Part shown: positions 13,531 through 26,480 of the stretch, piece after piece | How positions within the stretch are numbered: position 1 is the stretch's first letter | Layout: each line of letters begins with the position of its first letter | From: Octopus sinensis | Lineage: Eukaryota | NCBI RefSeq assembly: GCF_006345805.1 | Contig: NC_043014.1 | Span: forward strand, 35,712,001-35,776,000 | Reading direction: 5' to 3' | Length of the DNA: 64,000 nt | Notes under the pieces: generated by a model | Database searches by the model: none | The model's input: the letters and a program-made list of their open reading frames with translations, nothing else | Told to the model about the DNA's origin: nothing | Made by a program: the position numbers and the translations under genes

Positions 13531-14116
13531 ATGAACAACGATAATAAACTGTTGAAAGCATTTTAAAGGATATTTTATTAAGATTATTTATATAAAGCCT
13601 CAGAATAAATCCTATTTAATTTACATACTGTAAAAATTCAATTCAAAATTCAATGGTTTTCTTTTCATGTAATAGAAGATAAAACAGACTTAGTTTCAAC
13701 CGATATTACAAATAAAAACGATAACAATAAGAACACAAATATTGTATTGCAGTCAAAAATAAGAAACAAAGAGAGAGAAGAAAAGCAAATACACCTAATA
13801 GTTTTTTCAAGCAGAAAAAAAAAAGAAATCTATATTTAAGATGGCTGATGTAAAGTGTGAAAACACTTGACCACACGGCACTTGCTAAAAGCATTGTTAC
13901 ATATTTAGCATGTATTGGAGTGATATGTACAATGGAAAAAAACCTCATCTCGGGCGTTTGGCCGTGGAGAAATAGCAACCAAATCTACGCACGTTCTTTG
14001 AATGGGAAGAATATGTGTAATGTAACTTTAGATAGGTTACTAATGTCTCGGTTTGACCTAGAGCTAATTAGCATTCCGGATTCAGTCCCACGGCATAGCT
14101 CATTCAACAAATGTTT

Positions 14117-14200
14117 TCTACTATAGCCTCGGGGCGACCAAGGCCGTGTTAGTGGATTTGTGGGCGGAAACTGAAAGAACTCTCTGTACATATATATATT
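14117..14200 (+). mobile_element. SINE-A internal fragment
   Basis: ctactatagcctcggggcgaccaaggcc...agtggattt..ggcggaaactgaaagaa matches the copy at 41276. Confidence 0.7.
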
Positions 14201-14227
14201 AGTATATAAATATATATATATATATGT

Positions 14228-14277
<50 letters not shown>

Positions 14278-14399
14278 ATATATAAACAGCTACACTGTCC
14301 TGTTTTTGTTACCACTTTCACACCTCCGCAAAATATCCCAAATTTTATTCAATTTGCTTTACGGGAAGGACTGTTTCAACGGAGTCGCGTAATGTCCTT

Positions 14400-14730
14400 A
14401 CCTTCGAACCGCGGAGTACATAAAACATGGACAACTGAAGAAGGGGAATATTCTTTATGTTGCATGTCTCGTTTCTCTGTTTGTTTGTTTTTTCGTTGTT
14501 AAAAAAAGTTCATTTTCTATGTTTTTTGTTTTTATGTTTTCGTTTCTCATTGTGTTCAACGTTTTTCTTTTATGTCCTGTACCCATATATGCATGTAGGT
14601 ATGTACATATATGTATGTATATATGCATATATACATATATATGTATATATACATGTATATATACATATATATGTAGGTATGTACATATATGTATGTATAT
14701 ATGCATATATTTATATATTATTTATACTAT
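14400..14730 (+). repeat. Dispersed repeat of unknown class; inverted second copy at ~40040-40395
   Basis: ggacaactgaagaaggggaatattct...gttgcatgtctcgtttctctg...tgtcctgtacccatatatgcatg...atgtaggtatgtac occurs here and, reverse-complemented, near 40.2 kb. Confidence 0.75.
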
Positions 14731-14830
14731 ATATATATATATATACATATACATACACACACACATATATATATATGTATGTATGTATCTATCTGTCTAT
14801 CTATGCATATATGTATGTATACACATATGA

Positions 14831-15352
14831 GTAAATGTAATGAGAAACAAGTTAGGTGAGTCGATTTACACAGAATATTAAACACATTTAACAGAAAAAA
14901 ATGTACATGTGTATGGATATAAAATAGTCCGACTTACAGAATATAAATGATATCAGGAGTTAAATGGGTAGAGTTTTACGAGTCCAACAGCTGTTTCTGG
15001 GGGCTTGGTAGTCTGGAATAATGATAATTACTTGGAACCATTATCGGATAACACCACCTCCGTCGTCAACCTGTCAACACTGCAAATGTAAAATTCTCCG
15101 ATGTCAAATTCTCCTCTGAAGACGGGGACAGTGTTATCTGATAATGGATCCAAGTAACTATCAGTATTCCGGACCACCAAGCTCCCAGAACAGCTTTTGA
15201 ACTCGTAAAACTCTACCCGTTAAACTTTTGATATCATTTATATTCTGTAAGATGGACTATTTTATATCCATAATCATGTACATTTTTTCCATTAAATGTA
15301 TTTAATATTCTGTGTAAATCAATTTGCCTAACTTGCTTCTCATTATATTTAC
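14831..15352. repeat. ~520-bp imperfect palindrome (arms ~240 bp, spacer ~45 bp)
   Basis: 14831-~15070 aligns to the reverse complement of ~15115-15352 along its length (e.g. gtaaatgtaatgagaaacaagttagg vs cctaacttgcttctcattatatttac). Confidence 0.85.
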
Positions 15353-15599
15353 ATTTCCTCATCTACCGGCTCAGGTTCAAATCTCTTGAGCACTTCGAAG
15401 TGTAAGGACCCTCTAATTACACCTATTAAAGAGCGTGTACTCTATGTGGATATTAGATACTAGAAGATCAACCAATCAAATCTCTCAGCTGCTTTAAAAT
15501 GGGAAGAATATATTCTTAAATATATTTTTAGAAAAGGGAAGACGAGAGGGCTACAGTTATAATGACTTTGATCGTAGTTCTACTCGAACTGGATTAAGG

Positions 15600-15913
15600 C
15601 TAAATAAACTATCTTCTTCTCCTCGCCCTTTTCAAGCCTAGCCAGGCTTATGGGCCCTGTTTCCCTGTTTCTGTGGCGTATGTGTTCCCCCAAGCTGGAC
15701 GGGACGCCTGTCCATCGCAGCGTTACCCAAGAAACAGGAAGAAAGAGTGAGATAAGGTTGGGGCGAAAGAGTACAACAGGGGTCGCCACCACCCCCTGCC
15801 GGAGCTTTAGGTGTTTTCCCTCAATAAACACACACAATGCCCGGTCTGGGAATCGAAACCGTGATCCTCCGACCGCGAGTCCGCTGCCCTAACCACTGGG
15901 CCATTGCGCCCCC
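15600..15913 (-). mobile_element. SINE-C copy
   Basis: Reverse complement of ccctaaccactgggccattgcgcc head, with the body matching 3212-3400. Confidence 0.8.
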
Positions 15914-16958
15914 CCTAAATAAACTATAATAGCTTGAAAAAGACTTAACCGACCGCTATCAACATATCTCCAAAAAATAGCAATACAGCTATACTTCATA
16001 GTGGTTATTCTAAAACGAAAGCTCGTACAATAATAATCATACAAATATTGCTACCCTCAAGACATTTGCAAACATCATGAAATATGTGAGTAAAGCCTTT
16101 TGAAACGACTCGTAATGCATCTTTAGAAAAAGGATGAACGTCATAGCTCTCGTCTTTTGTTGGCAAAAAGCTGTAAGATAGATAGATGTCCAGTGTAGTT
16201 TATGAATACACCTACTCACCCTACGTTTTCTATTCTCATTACAAATAAGTGAAACAATGAAGATCTTAACAGATGTGTGTTATTGTGCTTTAAAAGAAGT
16301 ACATAAGGCACACACTTTTTAATTCTCTCGTCCTAAACATTCACGGTTGTTTTCGGACTTTTAGTTTGCTCTTTTGGTTGAAAAAAAATATAGGTATATG
16401 TATCATATTTGATGCTTGCCCTGTGTCTCACATGTGATGCCTGTCTTACGAAGTGTCTTGAATGCAAAAATAACAATAAAATAATAGCTTGTAATGAATT
16501 GCCTGGTCGAGAAAAAAATTTGGATAAAAGAAAAGACACGGGCGATGATCCACGAGAGTCAAGCCACGAATCTATTGTAACCCGGACAGTGATGATACCA
16601 TTTTCTCCCCCGCAGCGACTCTCCAGCTTTCAACCGTCCAAACTGGACGCTTTGATCGTAAGAGCAAGAAAGAGCGCTTGTTTAAATTTAGATCGTTATT
16701 TTAGAAGCATTGGTTTATTTTAGTATTTGTTGCCACTTTCTAAAATTACGATCTGCAAGCAAAACAATACCCTACCCACCCCTATGTGTGTGCGTGTGTG
16801 TGTTTGTGTGTGTGTGTGTGTGTGTGGTGTGTGTGTGTGTGTGGTGTGAAATCGTTTATTTCTTTTATCGAGTGACTATCGTAATTTACAGAACTAGATT
16901 ACGATGAAGGATAATCTCAGCTTCTAATAACAAATACATACATACATTACATATTTAC

Positions 16959-16989
<31 letters not shown>

Positions 16990-17188
16990 TACATACGTAT
17001 ATATATACACACACACTTGTTTGTGTTGAGTAGGTTTATATCACGATTTTTACATTCAAACATACATATGTATATATATATAATATATACATAATACACA
17101 TATATATCTATATCTATCTATCTATGTATCTATACTACATACGTACATACATACATATATATACATATATATATATATATGTATATAT

Positions 17189-17273
<85 letters not shown>

Positions 17274-17627
17274 CTTACATACATCGTCGTAAGATTAAAC
17301 ACGAGTGAAACTATAACCTTTAAGCGAATGAATAAAAATCGATATATACATATTGATTTCTTCCTCTATTTTTACATTCTCTATTTTCCACTATTTTCTC
17401 TGTTGTCTATGTTTTTTACTTACTCATGAAAACACACATACACACTGAAACAAACACATTCCAACACAAACGTATACACGTATGGTTAGAAACACATACA
17501 CACATACACACATACACACATACACACATACACACATACAGGGGTACTTATACAATCAAGGTAGAATAAATACCAACATAAATACATTGAATAAATATGT
17601 ACGTATGCAAACACGCGCAAGTACACA

Positions 17628-17658
<31 letters not shown>

Positions 17659-17779
17659 TCACACGCACATACACACGCACATCTTCACGTAGACACACAA
17701 CAAAGAAGACAGAACTACATACATAAATATGCACTCACATAACACTTAATAAAACACACACACACACACAAATACATAC

Positions 17780-18210
17780 TCTCTTTCTTTTGCTTCATCT
17801 CCGCCTGTCTATCTCTCTCTTTCTCTGTCTCTCTCTCTGTCTCTCTCTCTCTCTCTCTCCGCTGTCTCCCTCTCTCTCTCTCTCTCTCTGACTCTCTCTC
17901 TCTCTCTCTCTCTCCTCTCCCTCTCTCTCTATCTCCCTCTCTGTCTGTCTCTCCCCCTCTCTCTCTCACTCTGTCTCTCTCTCCCTCTCTCTGTCTCCCT
18001 CTCTCTCTGTCTCTCTCTGTCTCTCTCTGTCTCTCTCTGTCTCTCTCTGTCTCTCTCCCTCTGTCTCTCTCTGTCTCTCTCTCCCCCTATCTCTCCCTCT
18101 CTCTCTCCCTCTCTCTCTGTCTCACTCTCTTTCTTTCTGTCTCCCTGTCTCTCTCTCTGTCTCCCCCTCTCTCTCTGTCTCCCTCTCTCTCTCTCTTTCT
18201 CTCTTTCACA
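17780..18210 (+). repeat. (CT)n/(CTGT)n polypyrimidine microsatellite
   Basis: Direct reading; it explains the RE/RQ-rich ORFs. Confidence 0.9.
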
Positions 18211-20244
18211 CACATTCAATTATATATCCACACAAAGAAATGCATATGCCAAAATAAATACAGTAAAAAAACATATATGTAAAAAAACATATATATATAT
18301 CTTTACACACACATACACACACACAAACTAATTCATATGTATACACACATTCACGCATTTATACACAGGTACACACACAAAATAACCGTTTCATCGTGAA
18401 GACATTTCCGATTTCCACCCATACACCCGTCCAAACTCCTCTGGTATCTTTTAATCTCGGTCCGATAACAGATTCACTTGAATACTCCACCCGCACCCCC
18501 ACCCCACACACAACGCATAGCCCCTTCTATCTTTTAATCTGGCTCCGAGACCCATGTAACAACCCACCCACCCGGCCATCCTCTAAATTTTCCGCGTTTG
18601 ATATCTCTTAATCTGATTTCCGATACCCCAGAAATATGTTTTACCTTTATATATATTATCCAGAGATAGAGACGAGGGGAGGGAAACGGAAAGAAGAAAT
18701 GCAAGAGAAAGGGATGGTGGTGGGAGGGCGGGTGGGTGGTTGCAAGAGAAGTGAAAGAGTAAACATAGGGAGAGAGAGAGAGAGCAGGAGGAGGAGGAGG
18801 AGAGGGTAAGATCTGGCATGAGAAGACGGTAAAGGTAGACAGGTGCAAACGTCGGTAGCAGGAGAGAGTTAGTTGGCAGTATCAGACAGGCCTGTGATGA
18901 TGATGCGTATGGGTTGGGATGATGGGGGTGATGTGGGGATAGAGAGGGGCGGGGCGGGGCGGGGGGGTAATTATGGCAGAAGGAAGGATGTAGGTACAAA
19001 TTGAATTCCATTTAAAGAGGTTGTCATAATTGTAGACCACCATCACAACCAACACTTATCTCCACCACTACCAGCACCAGCACCACCACCACCAACACCA
19101 CAACAACAACAACAACAATAATAACAACAATAGCAATACCAACACCAACACCAACAGCGCTCTCATCCACGTTACTCTAGCAACACTACCCACCGTCAAC
19201 GCCCCTCATTGATGCCGTTACTTTTTGCAATCAATACCAAATTAGGAATACGGCAAGTTAACGGCTTTTTAGAGGATTTAGTCTTGTCAGAATGTTAGTG
19301 ATATGACAGCTTTATCGCTTCGGTCATCTACTAGTCGTTGTTGTTGTTTGACCCTTAGCAAAATGTATACGAGTCGTGACGATTTCATATTTTCATTCAT
19401 ATTTTTATCCAACATACACACGTACACACATACTCACACATGTACATATACACGTACATACATGCACCTACACACGTACATACACACACACACACACACA
19501 CCACACACACACACACATACATACATACAAACACACATGCATACACATGTTGTGTAATACATGAATCAAATGTACCTATGTTACAGAACGGGTGAATATG
19601 TACTTTAAAATGCTCATGAAACAACGCAGCATGCTTCACATCTAACCATCAACTCATGGTTAAAATATATTCCAAAAGTACAGAATGGAAAACTTCATGA
19701 GCATGAAGTCACAAGCCTTTAGATCTCAGGGTATACTTCGGACAACCAGCGCAATATATAGATACGCAAGATGGAAGTAAAACGAATGTAGTCAATTTCA
19801 CGACTCAAACTGTTACATCGAACACAAAAGTATGCCTACTTTCTTGTCAATTGACCATGCAGTCACAGCAAGGAATCAATGCAACTCGTTATAAGCCAGT
19901 ATTCGAAATAAAATTAGATTATTTTAATCATATCTCCACAAAAAAGGGGAGATGTACTATAGAAGTTTTATTGATATCAAAATATAACAAAACAATGAAC
20001 ACAGAAATACATCAGATGGAAAACAAACCAAGAAATCTACCAGGAATTAACCGCTGAATAACTTAAAATCCAGCATTATAAAATTATAAAAGTATTCCCT
20101 TGATCTTTTCACCTATTACAAAGCAAGAGAATATCGCGATAATGCAAATACCATTTCATTGAAAGGATGTTACTAAGAGCGATCTTAAGGAGTTAATGGA
20201 CTTGGAGATACTATTGTTTCAAAGTGAACTAATTTGAAGTTTTG

Positions 20245-20640
20245 TTTTTTTTATACTTGTTTCAGTCATTTGACTGCGGCTATGCTGGAGCACCGCCTTT
20301 AATCGAGCAACTCGACCCCGGGACTTATTCTTTGTAAGCCCAGTACTTATTCTATCGGTCCCTTTTACCGAACCGCTAAGTGACGGGGACATAAACACAC
20401 CAGCATCGGTTGTCAAGCAATGCTAGGGGGACAAACACGGACACAAACACACACACATACACATACATATATATATACATATATACGACAGGCTTCTTTC
20501 AGTTTCCGTCTACTAAATCCACTCACAAGGCTTTAGTCGACCCGAGGCTATAGTAGAAGACACTTACCCAAGGTGCCACGTAGTGGGACTGAACCTGGTT
20601 GGAAAACAAGCTACTTACCACACAGCCACTCCTGCACCTA
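20245..20640 (-). mobile_element. tRNA-derived CORE-like SINE (working name SINE-A), near full length
   Basis: Head ggtgcaggagtggctgtgtggtaag, CORE-like ggcaccttgggtaagtgtctt, internal microsatellite, tail ggcggtgctccagcatagccgcagtcaaatgactgaaac. Confidence 0.85.
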
Positions 20641-20859
20641 TGAAAAATTAGTAATAAAAATGGTTATTATCGAACGCAATCGTATCTTTAATACAACACA
20701 CACACACATACACCCATGCGCATACACACGTACACATAACGCTTAGCTGTCAATCGCAAGGCGGCGTGACCGGGTAGCTTGTATCACGCTTTTTCTAATT
20801 GTTTTAGTCGCGAACCGACATGAATGCCCTCTCGACTTTTGATACTCTTGACCCAGCTG

Positions 20860-21040
20860 AAAATCGAGGATGTAACAGCCGAAGGGAGATAGGGCTCCAC
20901 AAATAGCCTGCTGGTACTTATTTTCGGGTGAATTGACTGGAATGACGTGAAATGATTTGTTTTGATCAAGGACGCAACATTCCGCCTTCAATTAGGAATC
21001 TAGCCTTGTGATCAACACTGACTACGTTCTAAAGGCCAAC
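20860..21040 (-). mobile_element. Degenerate SINE-D-related CORE-like SINE
   Basis: ctggaatgacgtgaaatgatttgttttgatcaaggacgcaac resembles ctggagcaacgtgaaatgaagtgtcttgctcaaggacacaac at ~43490. Confidence 0.55.
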
Positions 21041-21149
21041 AAAGATCCAATAGAACACTATGAAATGCATGTGAATGATTCAGACGAAACGTCAATCAGA
21101 CAGAATCAAAATTCAAAGAACCACAAAATTACAGAATATTGATTTCAAA

Positions 21150-21345
21150 TTTTGATACAAGGCCAGTAATTTCAGGTGAGTGGGTAAGTCGATTACATCG
21201 ACCACCAGTGCTCAACTGGTATTTATTCTATCGACCCCAAAAGGATGAAAAGTAAGGTCGACCCCAGCGGCATTTGAACTCAGAAACTAAAGACAGGAGA
21301 AATGACGCTCTGCGTTTCACCCGGAGTGCTAACTACTCTGCCAGC
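21150..21345 (-). mobile_element. Degenerate SINE-B
   Basis: tcgaccccaaaaggatgaaaag..aggtcgacc...catttgaactcagaa matches the family on the minus strand. Confidence 0.7.
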
Positions 21346-21551
21346 TTGCCGTCGTCGCGTTGTGACTATATTACAAATTAATATAGCCGTTTTTAAGATT
21401 ATGTTTATTAATACTAATATTAACTTTTTAATAGGATCCCCATCTTCTTGCTCTTTCTCCTACAACACCTCACAGAAACGTCGCTACAACCATAGCCGCC
21501 GCCGCTACTACTACTACTACTACTACTACAACTACTACTACTACACTACTA

Positions 21552-21588
<37 letters not shown>

Positions 21589-21673
21589 TCCCAGTTTTTA
21601 CCCTTGCTACTGGAATATTTAAACAACGTAATGATCGTGATGTTTATAAAAGCTATGTAAATATCAGAATACG

Positions 21674-21722
<49 letters not shown>

Positions 21723-22547
21723 TAATATAAAACTAAGTATAATAAAAACTAAGTATATATATATATATATACTAGTTAGTTTTTCTTTCTTTTTGTATTC
21801 AATTTCTATTTTGTTCTCTTTGTTATTTTTCGTTCTTGTTATCAAGTTTTTTTTTCTTGTTTTCCTTGATGCTTTTATTTTTGGTATTATCTTTATTGCT
21901 ATTTCTGTTCTTATTCTTATTCTCCGGCTTAGTAGTATATTCGTAGATAAACAATGAATTCTGTTACTGGTCACAAGAGTCCCATAAGTTGGGGATAGTG
22001 CCAAGTTGAAATACAGAAGAAAATAACAAACAAGAAGCTGCGAGAGATTTACATGGAATAGAAGAGTGATCAACAAAAGAATAGACAATAACATGTGGTA
22101 TTCTCCAGCCGACGGTTTATACAAAGGAAATAATCATTCCATCATAATATTTGGTGCGATTAGAAATTCAGTTTGAAATTAAGAAATAAGAGAAAAGGTG
22201 CATAGGACACACGTATTTAATATTTTTGGTGCTTACTTATTACGAAGTTCTTAAATTTTCTAGTCAGTGGTAACGTGCGTGGCACTATTGCATTCTTTAT
22301 AGAAATCATCAGTATGATATTGTCCGAGGTGTATTAATTAAACATTGCATGAAACGAGACATTATAATATGTAATAATAGCAGTTTAGAACAAATAACAA
22401 AATATAATCTAAATAAAACCAAGAAGGGACCCCAAAAATATGGTGTACTACTACTACTACATAGAATGATTGGAGGTATTGCATGTACAACTCTAAATTA
22501 ATGACACGACCAAAGCAAGTCCCTTCAATTTTTACCTCATGTCTTCA

Positions 22548-22591
<44 letters not shown>

Positions 22592-22869
22592 TCGCCATGA
22601 TAGATCGGTAGCCACTACACATATTTTTTCTCTCCTTGTTTTTTTTTCTCTGTGCCCCTTTCTGTAAAAGAGCGTAGGCTCGAAACGTAAAAGACTTTTT
22701 CTATTTCTGAGCGTTATACTAATACATCTGTTTTTTTTTTTGTACACCACCTGTCTTCGTCTTTTGTTTGTCTTTTCGTGAACTCTCCTATATATATAGT
22801 AGACAGATTTAGCCACACCGATTCCTCTACTCTCACTCGCGTTTCATAAAATTTACAAGAAAGATATCC

Positions 22870-24800
22870 GTCTAGCCTCTACTCATACCTTTCCTCTTCA
22901 CATAACCTGTGAAGTTGATGAAGGTATACCCCGAGAACAAAAGGTTCGCTCTCTTGTATTTCAACCGCGCTCGTCACATAACTTCATTCTCCAGAATTAC
23001 AACGCAATGGAAGATTAACTGTTCTTCCTTACTACGATTAACTCGGCCGAAAACTAGATCCCTCCTGCACGTATTAAGCTTTATGACATACATCTACAAA
23101 TTAGCAATGCATAGACACAGAACGAGTGTCTGCTTGATGGTTTCATTGCCCCGGTAGCATGTTGGACTCGCTCAGTTGTTCGTATGTCCGTGCTAGTAGA
23201 GTTTCTCCTGAAAAGATATTGCCCTTTCCCGTAGCACCGTCATACTAATGGTTTTCGGAAATTGTCTATGGTGCTTGACTTGAATTTCTTCCAGAAGAGA
23301 CTATCTAGACTGTTCTCGTCAACATTCAGACTTGCTACTATATCTTTGTTAGTCGTACCCCACCGCTAACCCTTTATAGAATGCGTGCGTTGACATTCTA
23401 CCAACGACATTATCTAGCTAGTGGAGTGCAGAAAACGAATGGTAACATTCTAACTTTCTTGATGGCAAACATCCAACGTGGTTCAAATACCACCCTACCG
23501 TATAGTCATGTCATCTCAGATACCCAATCCACTCGTCTTTGTTAATTATTGCTTCCGTTACCTCCAGGGACTCCTTCAGAATAGAGTCGACTACCTTGAT
23601 TTCCGATGTAACAAATACGATGACGGCGCACTATTCGGATACATAAACGCGTATATAAAATTATCCAGATCCCGGGCTAGGTGAATTTTTGCTATTGTAG
23701 TGATAGCTGGAGGACTAAAATATACGGAAGGGGCCGGGGGGGGGCTTTCTTTGATGGACAGAGTGCATCATACGAAATAATCTTTCTAGACAACCCTTTA
23801 ATTTAATACCTGAATAGCTGCTGCTGTACATTATAGCGATCCAGTCTCTGAAGACGGGACCGAAACTGACTATGCTTCGAAAAGTTGTCTGGTAGTGATG
23901 TTCACACCCGTTGTACCTATTAGACATTAATCAATTAATCAGATCTTGTGTGACTGTCTTTACGATGTATCACATAAATTATAGCCAATTGTGAAGAGAT
24001 TTGTTGAGGATGGCACATGTTTCTACGTCTTCGAAACGACTATCGACAAGTGTTAACTTCTTGGTAAACACGTTTAGTAGATCCTTTAATTCTGTACAGA
24101 GAAGAGTTGTAGGTCTGAAATTTTCTATTACCCTCTTCGTTCGTTCGGTTCTTTGTAGCAACAACACTACTCAGCTCAAACAAGTTGGAATTTTCTCAAT
24201 CTACTGCCAGCTGCAATAGACAGTGGCTAAGGCATATCCAACATGTCATGGAACAAATAAGGTTATGAGAGTAAGTCATCTTGTCCCAGCGAATTGACCA
24301 TCACACAACAGCTCAGTAGGCCTTCTGTTTTATCTGCATTAACGAAATCTTTCTTTCTCGTCGTCTTTCGCTCTCACTCTCTCTCACTTTGTGAAGTAAT
24401 TTGCATCTTCAGTCGAGAATCTTGGTAGGCTATCGAAGTAAGTATTGAGGGTTACTGTTTCTATCGTTCCTTACAAACTGTTGTGTAAAGTGTTGTTGGA
24501 AAAACACACGCATCTGCTTGAAATCAGATAGCACATAGCGATATGTCAAAGACTGAAGAGTGATTTTTTAAATATCATTTTACACCTACACCAACCAAGT
24601 TCAGTGAACCGCTTTAGTGGCCTCATATTTCAGAGTACGCGTTTTAGTATGAACAATGTATCCTTCATATTTCGCTTCGAAAAATGTAGTCAAGGGCCAT
24701 TCTTGCAACAATCATGTAAATGATACCTTTTCTGTGAGCTCTTTCTGATCGAATCAGCTAATCTCTGTTGTTACATCTTTGCTAAAACTAACTAATTTTA
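22870..24800 (-). mobile_element. Old Tx1/L1-clade LINE ORF2 remnant
   Basis: Minus-strand peptides ATVYCSWQ*IEKIP, ENFRPTTLLCTELK, FGPVFRDWIAIMYS and AFYKGL...SLNVDENSLDSLFWKKF..IDNFRK are collinear with the younger copy at 50.4-52.1 kb. Confidence 0.8.
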
Positions 24801-24859
24801 CTATAATTTTCCTTTCTAGTGAGACCCACTATTTGCTATTATATATAACTGCGCCAGTT

Positions 24860-25080
24860 AGGCAGCGAGCTGACTGAATCGGCAACATGCCGGGCAAAAA
24901 ATGCTTGGCGGCATTTCGTCCGTCTTTAAGTTCCGAGTTCAAATTCCGTCAAGGTCCGATTTTGTCTTTCATCCTTTCGGGGTCGATAAAATAAGTACCA
25001 GATGAGCACTGAGGTCGATGTAATCGACTTACTACCCTCTCTCGAAGTTGCTGGCCTGGTGCGAAAATTTGAAACCAATA
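24860..25080 (+). mobile_element. SINE-B monomer (alternative tail)
   Basis: ggcagcgagctgactgaatcg...gagttcaaattcc...tcatcctttcggggtcgataaaataagtacc. Confidence 0.75.
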
Positions 25081-25842
25081 ATTGCACCAGTCCCTTTGGG
25101 CTTAAATAATTTCGAAAGGTTAGTATGTGTCATACTATATTTCTGTTTTACTTTTTTGGATTTGTAGGTTGAAATTGAGTTTCAAATTTTATTTTAAGTA
25201 AGCCTCGTTTATTTAAGTATATTTTTAGTGTTTTTCAGTTTTTAAAACCTTTAATATTAACGCGTTATGTTTCTTCCTGGGTTTTTAATAAATTTTCTTA
25301 ACGAGATATGATTAAGAAGGAATCCGAAAACACAGATATACAAGGTGTGAATGCAGAAAAAGTTGAGGTTTTGTATGACGAAACAATTTATATGCATACA
25401 TCCCTTACCCTACCACAATAAATTATTGATGCTCAGAAGGATTAGGAATTAGCTATTATATATTGTATAAAAGCGAACAACTGTGAAAAATATTTGCATA
25501 AAAGTATGAACGGAACCTTTTGTTTATTCATCCAATAAGAAGAGATATTAGCCATACCTTAATGCGGTGAGTTGGTGGCTGACTCGTTAGAAGGCCGGGC
25601 AAAATTCTTAGCGGCATTTTGTCCGTCGCTACGTTCTGAGTTCAAACACGGCCAAAATTTGAAACCAATATTAATTATACCTTTTTAACTGTATATTCTG
25701 AAGAATATGTTTTAAACGAAATACTACTTCTTGAACCTTGATAGAAACATAAGAAACACTTTCTACAAGGAGTCGAGTATTATATTCCGGTATTTTGAAC
25801 TCTCATCTTAGTTCTTACGAGACTCGAGTATGCAATTTTAAG

Positions 25843-26240
25843 CATAGGCACAACTGTGTAGCTAAGGCGCTTGCTTTGCAACCGTGTGGTTTACGGTTGA
25901 GTATCACTGTGCGGTACCTAGGTAAAGTGTCTTCTATATAGTCCTGGGACGACCAAAGCCTTGTGAGCGAATTTTTAGATTGGAAATGTGTACAAGCCCC
26001 TTGTATGCGGGGGTTGCTGAAAAGTTCCTAGCTTTGGGTAAAAGGAAATAGAAGATCAGTTAATTATGATTTTATTCAGCATATTTCCCTCTCAAATTCG
26101 CACACTTATTACAGCAGTCCTTCAGTTTTTCTAAACTCTTTAAAAGAGCTCGAAATGTTGAGCCGCCAACCAGGCCTTTCACGAAACCCTTAAAAGGGGA
26201 ACTTTTCAGCATCCCATCGTGTGTGTGTGTGTGTGTGTGT

Positions 26241-26276
<36 letters not shown>

Positions 26277-26480
26277 GTCCTCCCCGGTCCCTCACATTGT
26301 TTGACAATCAGTGTTGATGTGTTTACATCGCCAAAAGTTAGCGATTTGGCCTAAGAAAATGGTAGAATATGTTCCAGACTTCAAAAATACTGGGGTCAGT
26401 TTGTTCGATTAAACCCTTCAAGGCAACGTCCCAATATGGCTGCAGTTCAATTGCTGCAAGTAAGAGACAAAAAGATAAAA
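25843..26480 (+). mobile_element. SINE-A copy interrupted by a mariner-type MITE
   Basis: 5' part (gtggttttacggttgag...ggtacctaggtaaagtgtcttct) precedes 26005; 3' part (gtttgacaatc...caatatggctgcag) follows 26220. Confidence 0.7.
26006..26219. mobile_element. mariner-like MITE
   Basis: Imperfect TIRs (ta)tgcgggggttgctgaaaagttcc ... ggaacttttcagcatcccatcg, resembling mariner-type termini. Confidence 0.65.

Noticed and set aside
12568-13561. Long 318/319-aa ORFs on the minus strand
   Set aside because: They are translations of the polypurine/trinucleotide tract, low complexity throughout, with no domain.
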